DNA from: Octopus sinensis
Taxonomy: Eukaryota
Direction of reading: 5' to 3'
Assembly (NCBI RefSeq): GCF_006345805.1
Contig: NC_043007.1
Span: 60,264,001 to 60,328,000, forward strand
DNA: 64,000 bases
Below the pieces are notes generated by a model. That model was not told where the DNA came from. It saw only the letters and a program-made list of their open reading frames with translations, and ran no database searches. Below, piece after piece: positions 11,206-25,108 of this stretch; the stretch's first letter is position 1; the number at the start of each line of letters is the position of its first letter. The position numbers and the translations under genes are program-made.

Positions 11206-12621
11206 ATAAATCCTATATATATATATCTATATTAATGTATATATATATTATATATATATATGTGTACATTATATATGTGTATATATATATGTATATATTT
11301 ATATATATGTACATATATATATGTATGTACATATATATATATGTATGTATATATATATATATATGTACATATATATATGTATGTACATATATATATATAT
11401 GTACATATATATATGTATGTACATATATATATATGTATGTACTAATATATGTATGTAATATATATGTTATATATAGATATGTATGTATAATATATAGTAT
11501 GTATGTATGATTATATATGTTTATGTATATATATATATGTATATATAATATGTATATATATATGTGTATATATATATATATTATATGTATATATATATAT
11601 TATATATATGTATATCTATATATATGATATATATATAGTATTATATATATGTATATATATATATGTATATATATATGTATGTATATATATATATGTATAT
11701 ATATTATTATATGTATATTATATGTATATATATGTATATATATGTATGTATATATAGTATATTATGTAGGTATATATATGTGTATATTTATGTATATGAT
11801 ATGTTATGATATATATATATTTAGTGTATATATATGGTATATATATATATATGTGTATATATTATATATATGGTGTATATATATATATATGTGTAATATG
11901 GATGAGTATATATGTATATATATGTATATATTGTAGGTATATATTATGTATATTATGTATATTATATATGTAGGTATATATATGTGTATATATATATGTG
12001 GTGTGTAATATATATGTGTATATATATATGTGTGTATATATATATGTGTGTATATATATATGTGTTATATATATTGTGTAATATATGTGTATATATATAT
12101 ATGTATATATATGTGTATATATATATATATGCGTGTATATATATGTGTATATATATATATGGTATATATTATATGGTATATATATATGTGTATATATATG
12201 TGTATATAATATGAGATTATATATATGTATATATATATATATGTATATATATATAGTATGTATATATATATATATGTATATTATATATATAGTTATATTA
12301 TATGTATATATATATATGTATATATATATATTGTATATCTATATATGTATATATATATATGTATAATATATATATGTATATATTATATATGTATATATAT
12401 ATATATGTATATATTATGTATATATATATATATGTATATATATATATGTATATATTATGTATATATATATATATGTATTATATATGTATATATATATTGT
12501 ATATATATATGTTATTATATATATGTATATATATATGTATATATATATATGTATATATATATGTATATATATATATATGTATATGTCTATGTATATATAT
12601 ATAATGTATTATATATATATG

Positions 12622-12670
<49 letters not shown>

Positions 12671-13013
12671 GTATATATATATGGTATGATATATATATGT
12701 ATATATATATATATGTATATATATATTATGTTATATAGATATGTATATATATATATGTATTATATATATGTATATATATATATGTATAGTATATATATAT
12801 ATAATGTTATATATATATGTATATATATATATGTATATGTATATTGTATATGTATATTGTATATGTATAATGTATATGTATATATGTATATTGTATATAT
12901 GTATATGTATATGTATATATGTATGTATATATGTATATATATATGTATATATATATATGTATATATGTATATATGTATATATGTATATGTATATATGTAT
13001 ATGTATATATGTA

Positions 13014-13047
<34 letters not shown>

Positions 13048-13143
13048 GTCTGTATATAATGTATGTATATATATATGTATGTATATATATATGTATGTAT
13101 ATATATATGTATGTATATATAATGTATGTATATATAATGTATG

Positions 13144-13178
<35 letters not shown>

Positions 13179-13417
13179 TATATGTATGTATATATATATG
13201 TATGTATATATATGGTATGTATATATAATGTTATGTATATATATATGTGTGTATATATATTGTGGTATATATATATATGTATATATATATATGTGTATAT
13301 ATATATATGTATATATATATTATGTGTATATATATATATATATATGTGTGTATATATATATGTGTGTATATATATATATGTGTATATATATGTATATTAT
13401 ATATATGTATATATATG

Positions 13418-13452
<35 letters not shown>

Positions 13453-13791
13453 GGTATGTATATATATATGTGTATATATCTGTATATATATCTGTATATA
13501 TATATGTGTATATATATTATGTATATATATATATGTATATATATATATGTATATATGTATATATGTATATAATATATGTTATATATGTATATATATGTAT
13601 ATATGTATATATATGTATATATGTATATATATGTATATATATGTATATATGTATGTATATATGTATATATGTATGTATATATGTATATATTATTATGTAT
13701 ATATGTATATATATGTATTATATGTATATTGTATAGTTGTATATATGTATATATATGTATATTGTGTATCTATGTATTATATGTATATATG

Positions 13792-13829
<38 letters not shown>

Positions 13830-14210
13830 TATGTAATATATGTATATATATGTATATGTATATATATGTATATATATGTATATGTATATATATGTATATG
13901 TATATATATGTATATGTATATATATATATATGTATATATTATATATGTATATATATGTATATATATATATATGTATATATATGTATATATATATATGTAT
14001 AGTAATATTATATATGTATATATATATGTATATGTATATATTATGTATATGTATATATATATTATATATGTATATATATATGTATATATATGTAGATGTA
14101 TATATGTATATATATATATATGTATATAGTATTGTATTATTGTATATATTATATATATGTATATATATATATGTATATATATATATGTATATTATATATA
14201 TATGTATATA

Positions 14211-14571
14211 CTCTTTTACTCTTTTACTTGTTTCAGTCATTTGACTGCGGCCATGCTGGAGCACACACCTTTAGTACTTATCTATCGGTCTCTTTTTGCC
14301 GAACCGCTAAGTGACGGGGACCTAAACACACCAGCATCGGTGGTCAAACAATGCTAGGGGGACAAACACAGACACACACACACACACATACATATATATA
14401 CATATATACGACAGGCTTCTTTCAGTTTCCGTCTACCAAATCCACTCACAAGGCATTGGTCGGCCCGGGGCTATAGCAGAAGACACTTGCCCAAGATGCC
14501 ACGCAGTGGGACTGAACCCGCAACCGTGTGGTTGGTTAGCAAGCTACTTACCACACAGCCACTCCTGCGCC
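14211..14571 (-). mobile_element. Full-length, young tRNA-derived SINE with CR1-type tail
   Basis: Minus strand: GGCGCAGGAGTGGCTGTGTGGTAAG (A-box-like), GGGTTCAGTCCC (B-box-like), central GCCTTGTGAGTGGATTTGGTAGACGGAAACTGAAAGAAGCC, internal microsatellite, tail CCAGCATGGCCGCAGTCAAATGACTGAAACAAG(TAAAAGAG)n. Retains 14 CpG. Confidence 0.9.
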
Positions 14572-14602
<31 letters not shown>

Positions 14603-14763
14603 GTATAAGTAATTATATGTATATGTATATATATATATGTATATATATGTATATATTATATATATGTATATATATATATATATGTATATATAATATATAT
14701 ATGTATATATAATAATATATATATGTATATATAATATATTATGTATAATATATATATTATATG

Positions 14764-14796
<33 letters not shown>

Positions 14797-15293
14797 GTAT
14801 ATATTATATATGTATATATATATATATGTATATATATATTATATGTATATAATATAATATATAATATATATATTATATTATATATGTATATATGTTATTA
14901 TATATATTATATATATTATATATATATGTATATAATATATATGTATATATATATATGTATATATATATATATGTAATATATATATATGTATATATATATA
15001 TATGTATATATATATATGTATATATATATAGTATATATATATATGGTATATAATGTATATATATATATGTAATATGTATATATGTATATATATATATGTA
15101 TATATATATATGTATATATATATTATGTATATAGTATGTATATATATATATGTATATATATATATTGTATATATATATATTATGTATATATATATATGTA
15201 TATATATATATGTATATATATATATGTATATATATATTATAATATATTATATATATATGTATATATATATAATATGTATATATATATATTATG

Positions 15294-15324
<31 letters not shown>

Positions 15325-15329
15325 GTAAT

Positions 15330-15361
<32 letters not shown>

Positions 15362-15549
15362 GTATGTAATATAAATATATGTATTATATATAATATATGT
15401 ATAATATATATATATATATATATAATATATATTGTATATAATTATAGTATATATATATATATATGTATATTATATATGTGTATATATATATATGTATATA
15501 TATATATGTGTAATATAATATATGTGTTATATATATATATTATATATAA

Positions 15550-15588
<39 letters not shown>

Positions 15589-15698
15589 ATATAATACTAT
15601 ATATATGTATATTATAATATTGTATATATATTATATATTAGTATATATATATGTTATTATATGTATATATATATATGTACTATATATGTATGTATATG

Positions 15699-15732
<34 letters not shown>

Positions 15733-16048
15733 GTATATATATGTAATATATATTATATGTTATATATATATGTATATATATAGTATATATATATGTATAT
15801 ATAATATATATATTATATTATAATATGAATATATATATATATATATATATATGTAGTATAATATATGATATATATATATATGTATATATATATATATGTT
15901 ATATATATATGTAATATATAATATATATGTATATATATATATGTATATAGATATATATGTATATATATATATGTTATATATATATATATGTTATATATAT
16001 ATTGTATATGTATATATGTATATATGTATATATATATTTATGTGTATA

Positions 16049-16161
16049 GATGGCAGTTGCTAAAATGCATTCGTGAGGTACAATCATGTAGCAAACCAAA
16101 TGGCGGTGCCCCAGCATGGCCACAGCTCATGAGCTGAAACTGGAAAAATCAAAATAAAAAA
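16049..16161 (+). mobile_element. Very short (~110 bp) 3' end of CR1 LINE subfamily A
   Basis: ATGGCAGTTGCTAAAATGCATTCGTGAGG...GGCGGTGCCCCAGCATGGCCACAGCTCATGAGCTGAAACT matches the reverse complement of 3440-3537. Confidence 0.88.
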
Positions 16162-16303
16162 TTCGGCAAAAGAGACCGATAGAATAAGTACTGGGCTTAG
16201 AAAGAATAAGTCCCGGGGTCGATTTGCTCGACTAAATGCGGTGCTCCAGCATGGCCGCAGTCCAATGACTGAAACAAGTAAAAAGAGAAAAAAAAAGAAA
16301 GAG
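16162..16303 (+). mobile_element. 3' half of tRNA-derived SINE (CR1-type tail)
   Basis: TTCGGCAAAAGAGACCGATAGAATAAGTACTGGGCTT...GGTCGATTTGCTCGACTAAATGCGGTGCTCCAGCATGGCCGCAGTCCAATGACTGAAACAAG. Confidence 0.88.
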
Positions 16304-17365
16304 TATATATATGTGTATAGATATATGTATATTTATATGTATATATATATATGTATATTTATATTTATGTGCATATATATATGTATATATATGTGTATAG
16401 ATATATGTATATATATCTGTATATTTATATGTATATATATATATGTATATATATCTGTATATATATATATGTGTATATATGTATATATGTGTGTATATAT
16501 ATGTGTATATATATATGTGTATATATATATGTATATATATGTGTATATATATATGTATATATATATATATGTATATATATATATAAAAATTAATATATGT
16601 ATATATATGTATGTATATATATATGTATATGTATGTATGTATATATGTATATGTATATATATGTATGTATGTATATATATATGTATATGTATGTATGTAT
16701 ATATGTATATGTATATATACATGTATATATATATGTATATATATGTATGTATGCATGTATATATATATGTATATATATGTATGCATGTATATATATGTAT
16801 GCATGTATATATATATGTATGTATGTATATATGTATATATATGTATGTATGTGTATATATATATATATATGTATGTATGTATGTATATATGTATGTATGT
16901 ATATATGTATGTATGTATGTATGCATGTATATATATGTATGTATGCATGTATATATATATGTATATATATGTATGTATGCATGTATATATATATGTATAT
17001 ATATGTATGTATGCATGTATATATATATGTATATATATGTATGTATGCATGTATATATATATATGTATGTATGCATGTATATATATATGTATATATATGT
17101 ATGTATGCATGTATATATATATGTATATATATGTATGTATGTATGTATATATGTATGTATGTATATATATATGTATATATATATGTATGTATGTATGTAT
17201 ATATATATGTATGTATGTATATATATATGTATATATATATATATATATGTATATATATGTGTATATATATGTGTATATATATATGTATATATATATATGT
17301 ATATATATGTATGTATGTATATATATATGTATATATATGTGTATATATATGTGTATATATATGTG

Positions 17366-17404
<39 letters not shown>

Positions 17405-18098
17405 GTGTGTATATATATATGCATATATATGTATATATGTATGTATGTATATATATATATGTATATATGTATGTATGTATATATATATGTATATATATGT
17501 ATATATATGTATGTTTATATGCATGTATATATGTATGTTTATATATGTATATATATATATGTGTATAGATATATGTATATTTATGTGTATAGATATATGT
17601 ATATTTATATGTATATATAATGCATATTTATATGTAAGTATATATATATTCATATATATGTGTATATATATGTATATATAATGCATATTTATATGTATGT
17701 ATATATATATTGATATGTGTATATATATGTATATATATATATGTATATGTATATATATATATGTATAAACGTATATATATATATATATGTATATATTTGT
17801 ATGTATATATGTATATATATGTATAAACATGTGTATATATGTACATATATATGTGTATATATGTATATATATATGTATAGACATGTGTATATATGTTCAT
17901 ATATATGTGTATATATGTGTATATGTATATATATGTGTGTATTTATATATCTTTATATATATATATATATATATAGTGTGTGGTGTATATGTATATGTTG
18001 TATATATATATATATATATATATATTTTCTATATATGTGTATATATGTACATGTATATATATATATTTTCTATATATGTATATCTGTATATATGTACA

Positions 18099-18163
<65 letters not shown>

Positions 18164-18306
18164 ATGTATGTACATGTGTATATGTATGTGTATGTACATG
18201 TGTATATGTATGTGTATGTATGTACATGTGTATATGTATGTGTATGTATGTACATGTGTATATGTATGTGTATGTATGTACATGTATGTGTATGTATGTA
18301 CATGTG

Positions 18307-18337
<31 letters not shown>

Positions 18338-18891
18338 ATATATATATATGTATATATATATGTATATATATATATATGTATGTATATATATCTATGTGTA
18401 TATCAGTGTGTGTGTATTTATGTGTATATATATGTGTGTGTATATGTATATATATATATATGTATTTTTATATATCTATGTATATATGTGCGTGTGTATA
18501 TGTGTGTATTTATATATATGTATAATGTTATATATATATACGTATATGTTGTATATGTATGTATTTATATGTTCTGTATATATCTTCAGATGTATATATA
18601 TATATATATGTATGTATTTATATCTTTATGCATATGTATATATATGTATGTGTGTATATGTATGTATATATTATATATATATATAAATATATGCATGTAT
18701 ATGTGTATAAATATATATATATATGTTTATGTATATATCTATATATGTTTATATACATATATATGTGTGTACATATAGGCATATATATATATATGCATGT
18801 ATATATGTTTATGTACATATCTATATATGTTTATATACATATATATGTGTGTACATATAGGCGCATATATATATATATATGCATGTATATA

Positions 18892-18928
<37 letters not shown>

Positions 18929-19091
18929 TCCTGTTTAGATGTGTATATGTATACATACGTATTTTTGTCGATATACATTTACAAATTATTGTATATGTAT
19001 ATATATATTATTCCTGTTTAGATATGTACATCTGTACATATAGATGTTCAGATAGGTATACATACATATTTATGTCAATATACATTTACAA

Positions 19092-19136
<45 letters not shown>

Positions 19137-19170
19137 TATATATCATAGATATATATATATATATATTCAT

Positions 19171-19209
<39 letters not shown>

Positions 19210-19435
19210 TATATATATATATATATGCATGTCCTTGTGTATACCTGTGTATATGTCTTTTGTATGTTTACATTTTTGTATGTTATGAATATATTTGTGC
19301 ATACATGTTTTTATCTGTATACATGTTTTATGTGTGTGTGTGTATATATATGTATTCATTTATATATATATATATTTAAATTTTAAATACATATGCTTGT
19401 TTGTCTACCACACACACACACACACACACACACAC

Positions 19436-19505
<70 letters not shown>

Positions 19506-21502
19506 CTGTGTTTTTTTCTTGTATGGCTATGTAAATTTTAACTGATTAGTAAATTAGATCCATTCGAAGCTCCACTCATTTTATTTCCGCTAATGATTGC
19601 TTTATAGCCTACTAATTTAAATATGGCAAAAATCTTTATTGGAGTGCATTTATTAATAATAGACAATATTTCCAATATTACTGAAGTTATTCAATTTTGA
19701 ATTATAAATCCTATTTCATTAGTTAATCTTTAAATCCTTTCTCATCTTAAAATGTTTGTTCATTTTTTAAAAATTCATTCTTAATATTTTATCTCTTATT
19801 TTGTGACTGTGTTGAAGCTTGGGAAATTCTAGGCAGATATGTAGAAATGTCATTTTTCTGTGTACAGATATTCTTGACATTTCTGTATTGTCAGTTTATC
19901 GTTTAAGTACTTGGATATGTCTTTGCAGAATCTCAATATTTCCAGTGTTCTAAGTACAATGAAGGTAGCATTAGTAACCATAATATTAAATATGTGTGGA
20001 ACTGTTATTTCATTTCTTACTTCCTTGTTGATCAAGTTTCATTTAGTACTCGGAGGACACACCAACATGTTAATTGAAAAATTTGTGTTGTATGATAATG
20101 TGTGTGTGAACATATATATTTATATATAGTCAATTTTCTCAAAATATCTGGAAAAATACTTTCTCCTCTTATGGTATTTTAGCCTTCTTGTTCACGTACT
20201 GCATGTTATTGAATATTCATTTTCATCTACGTAATTTTATTATTAAAATTCTTCATGCTAGAATTCTTTATTTATTTGCTTTTTAATCTCCCCCCACTTA
20301 TTCATTCACATGAAACTATAATAGAATGTGCTTTTTCATTTGCTGAATTTATTTTCTATCTTCTTGTCTTTCCATAAATTCATATTCTGTTCAGATTTTA
20401 GTTATTCATTATATATTCACATATCATGTTTACACATGGTACTTACTATTTAGTCTTTACTTTCTGTCTGCTATTTTTCATCTCCTTGATGTCTAAGCTG
20501 AGCTTCCTCTTTCTTGTTGTCTCCTCCCCTTCTTCCTCTACTTCTTCCTTTTTCCATAGGTTTTCTGGGCTTGCTTGCTGGCTTGCTAACTTGCTATCAT
20601 ATACATACTAGCTAGCTCTTCTGACAACTCAGAAAACCCAGCAGTCCTGCAGACATATTAAATGTCTGCATCTGATCTTTAGTTGATCATTACAGTAGAA
20701 GCACCATGAAGAAAAAAGTTATATCAAATAAAATGAAGCACAGACAATGTCTTTACTAAAAATAAGGATTCTCTCATGGCTTTTTGGTGTTAATGGCTGC
20801 AGAATATCGGGGATGCCTAAAGCTGCAGTCATTTCCTGAGACTGCTATAAGTAATGTTGGATGCTGAATGTATCACACATACAGCTACTGCTACTACAAC
20901 ACCTACTGATGTATGTTGAACACAGTGAAATAGCAAGGGTAGTCATGACTGACTGTTGCTGCTGTTACAGCTGCCAGTTAGAATAAGAATTCAGGGAAAT
21001 TAGAGAATGCAACAACAGATTTACACCTGGGCAGCCCTTCCATGAATATCACGTGCAGTTGGAGATTGACTAAGATAAACTAATTGTTTTTTGGGGTTTT
21101 TTTTAGCTTAATTGAAATGCTTTAGATTATAGAAATTTTATGCCCATCAAAGAAAGCTCTCTTTTATTCTATGGATTTGGAAGTGTTACAATGAAAATAG
21201 CTGAATACAATATATTCTTTTAACAATTTTTCAATTATGGGTGCTGCTGCTGCTGCTGTTACCACTGTTGCTGCTACTGCTTTTGCTTCCTGTTCTTCTT
21301 CTGCATTCATACATTGATGTTCAGTGTTGTGTGTAGATCTGTATAGGCAACCGGTTTTTTGCATGTGTTTTTATATATGATGGTAGGCATTGCAAGGATT
21401 GGAGTACCTAAAGGGAATTCACTACCTCTCTTTATACATGTGGAGACACAATACGGGAAATACCATTCCAGGTTACATCAAATAGCTATCTTTTCTCAAC
21501 AG

Positions 21503-21580
21503 CCTTAGCTGATGCTGGCTCTTACTGTGTAGGAGTACAAAGTCCAATAATCTGTAAGCAGACCTATCTAGTATATACAG
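21503..21580 (+). other. Candidate 78-nt internal exon of an unidentified gene
   Basis: TATCTTTTCTCAACAG acceptor and CAG|GTAAGC donor; open in phase 1-1 (LADAGSYCVGVQSPIICKQTYLVYT); local GC about 39%. No recognisable homology. Confidence 0.25.
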
Positions 21581-22057
21581 GTAAGCTTAATGCATTGCAT
21601 CTAATTCAAGATTGGTCTCTAATGTCACATGCATTTTATGTGACTATTTCATTTTTGTCATCCTTTTTTTATTGTTTTATTGTAAATAAATGTAAACGTA
21701 GACTGTGATACTTTATAAACTGGCTCTTTCTTTGCCTGTCTTTCTGATAAGAAATAAACCTAAAAATGAGTAAAATTGTTGCTTCACATCTGCTTGCGCT
21801 CTTTCTGTCTCTCCCCCTCCCTTGCGATATATATATATGTATATACATACATTTCATGTGAAATCAATGTATTATGATTACAAGCAAAAGGGGAAAAAAA
21901 CTGACACTTTTGAAAAGGTGCTATAAGAACAATCATTTCCTATGATATATTTCTTGGTAAAAGATAGAAAAATTGATGACAACTTAATGGAAGGTGAATT
22001 AATAATAATACAAAATACCCTTTACAACCACCCCCACTTTCGTGTGTGTGTGTGTAT

Positions 22058-22107
<50 letters not shown>

Positions 22108-25074
22108 CACACACACATACACATTCTCTCTCTCTCTCTCTCTCTGTATATAAACATACTTTTTTATTCTCCTTAGACTACTGTACTATTTAATGTCTCT
22201 GCTCTCACTCATTCTCTTATGTTTCTACATAGAAAATCCAGCTTCACGTATAATTCCAGATTTGTCAATCCATGACAATTTAAGTAGCTCTGATTTTTGA
22301 AAACAGGGTTTAAAATACTGGCTTTTAAACTTATTTGCTGTAAAATTGATCATTTTGTTATTTAAGATCCAAGAAGTGAAACCACTACTTGATATTTTTT
22401 TTCTTGTTTGTTGATGTCATATTTTGGTGAAATTTTTATTTTCCATCTGAAATATTATCTCTGATGAAAAAAAAATAACTGCCTACATAGATACCCTTTC
22501 TTCCTAAGTATGTTACATTCATTTAACATTAATACAAATTTCAGTAATTATGAGTTCATGAAAGAATAAGATTAACTATGAACAGATCAAGGTCACTGTG
22601 TTTCACCGCCACTACAATCAATGGCTTTCATAGATTAGATTTACTGTATTATCCTTCCTAAATGGAAGATTTACAAAGGTTCTCACTGTAATAATTCAGA
22701 TATATTTATTTCTAGACCATGATTGTGATATGAAAAAAAAAAACAAAAACAAAAAATTTTAATGACATCCTATTTTTATTATTACTCAATTAGATCTGCC
22801 AACATTAGGAAAACTATCTGTAAATTTGGTGTTGTCTTTTATTTTGTTTATGGCATGAAGCATCCTCTTGAATTCTGGCATTAATGTCAAATTGCCGGAG
22901 TATCTACATTGGTAGACTCTCATAGGAATTGTATTACTCATTTCTATTATCAGGTGTGGTGGTGTATATAATAAGTATATGTGTGTGTTCATTCATTCTA
23001 TGTAACTTACTTCAGAGTTACTCTTCTTGATTTAATTTTTTTTTTTTATGAATAATTAGAACAAGATTTTTGCATGAATTCCTCAACCTGTAATTATTTT
23101 TACCTGGGGTTTGGTCCATATTTGATCTATTTGTTCACTCAGATGTTTAGTACAGTTGGATGTCTAAAAAAATTTTCTGTTATTACCTGGTGTGTTTCAG
23201 TTATTACAGCTAGCTGTAATGTAATTTCTATTCAAATCTATGATTTTTAGGTATGCCATATAGTTTTATTGATTTATCATCCATAATGGTTTTGGGGGTA
23301 TTTTTATGTGTGGGTGTGTTGAGGGTGGAGTAGTGGCTGTATATATGTACTTGTGTTTTTCTTTATACTAAAATATAATTACAAAAAAATTACCATTTTT
23401 TTGCAGTTAAATTTAGTGGTGTTTTGCAGTCTTTCAAAAACTGGAATTCATTATCATTTGGGAATTAACTTCTGAATAGTAAATTTAGCTTTGGATATTC
23501 TAATAACATTTACAGAATATGCATGTGTGTTTTATAGTCCATTGAGTCAGATTTCTGGAGTGAATTGACATTTCCTTGCTGTTTACTTATATTTTCTGCC
23601 ATGTATAGAATATTTGATAACTTCTAACATAGCCTTCGTCCCCTGCTACAAGAGCTGTGTGTATGTGTGTGTGGGCGTTAGAGATACTTAATGGGGATGC
23701 TGTGAAAGAAATTTACCATTCTTTAATTAATCTAATAATTAACAAATAACCAGTTTCATGATTTCATTTTTGATGGAAACATCTAAATTCTAATAACATT
23801 TCTCCATTTCTGTTCAAATGTTCTAAATTTAGAACTAATTTCTAAAAAATTTTTTTCCATTATCTTATACAGACATTATTATTCAACACAGTTTCATACT
23901 AATGTGTATTTAAAATCTATTATATCGTTATTATGTCCACTTTTAGATATTGTAATGCTATTATTGTCTGTTACTACTTCATCTACACAAAATTTCAATA
24001 TGATTCCTAATATTTTCTTCTGTAAGTAATCAGTATTATTTTGTAAGTAATCAATATTTTCTTGTTTTGTTTGACAAATAATAAGAAATGAAAGAAAACT
24101 TCTTTAAATTTTAGTAGATATTAGCATCTAGAAAACTGTATTTATTACTCTACTTTCAGCTGCTTTCCAAAATGTCTTACATATTTCTACACTGTATGAT
24201 GTGATTGGAAAAGGATTAATTTTTTCTTTCCCCCCCCCCCCCCGCTGTTGTCATTAATGTTGCTCTTAAGATTGTTCCAGTGTATTAAATTACATATTAA
24301 AGAAATAAGATCCTAATTTTCTTATCTACTTCAATCTTTCTTTGTTAATTATGTTAAAATAATCATATCTGAGAACATTAAATGAAGAACATATTTCATA
24401 TATTTAAAATATTGGCTGCTGGTACTTTGCAGTATTTTTAATTCACCTTAACCCTTTTTAAATATCAACTACCCACACTAAAATTTTCATATTTGAATTA
24501 AAATCTCAATCAAAATCTTATAAGACATGAATAGTGTCTGTGAGATTTCAGTTGGTCAACACCAGCCTACTATACCTAAACTATTATCATCATCATTTAT
24601 TAAATTCCCCTAAATATTGAAATGCACGACACATGCAGAGTACTTATTAAAAATATTGTCAGGAAAGAAAAGATTAAACTACATTACACTTTTAAAATGC
24701 AAAACAATTTTTTCTTAAGATATTTTAATCACTAGGTACTACTCAGCTTTACTTATCCCTGGAAATATTTCAGATTATCTGACAAAGATAAGTTTATAAT
24801 GTTTTTAATTAATACTTTGCGGATATAATTTATTTAAAGAAAAGTGTAGTTCTGGCTAAGACATCTTCTGTATCATATAGTTGGTAGTGAATAGAGCTTA
24901 CTTTATTGGACTGTGTCCTTTTGTTGTTCATAATCAGTATCTAATTTTATTATAATTCCACTGTGTGGTAAAATCTATTAGCTTAACCATCACAGTTTAA
25001 TCTTTAGAGTGTAACTTAGTATATGAATCATTAACTCTGTTTGCTCTTTTAAATTATCTTCATAGGTTTTCAGA

Positions 25075-25108
<34 letters not shown>

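Larger units (their letters stand above)
10251..19500. repeat. ~9.2 kb compound (TA)n/(TG)/(TATG) simple-repeat array
   Basis: Alternating purine-pyrimidine sequence throughout, interrupted mainly by insertions at 14211-14571 and 16049-16303. Confidence 0.97.

Noticed and set aside
14211-14571. tRNA gene
   Set aside because: A/B-box-like motifs are present but no cloverleaf; it is a SINE head.
10251-16040. Frequent single-base breaks in the TA alternation as biological variation
   Set aside because: The pattern looks like unpolished long-read indel noise and is much rarer in 16.3-17.6 kb, so fine structure here is not interpretable.
10153-19534. Dozens of long ORFs (up to 550 aa) rich in Y, I, M, C, V, H and T
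   Set aside because: They are translations of (TA/TG)n. Alternating dinucleotides rarely create stops, and the ORFs occur in all frames on both strands.
19930-19965. 36-nt candidate exon after TGTCTTTGCAG
   Set aside because: Weak donor (GTAGCA) and two equally open frames, so no discrimination is possible.
21164-21364. Ala-rich minus ORF
   Set aside because: Explained by (TGC)n triplet repeats.
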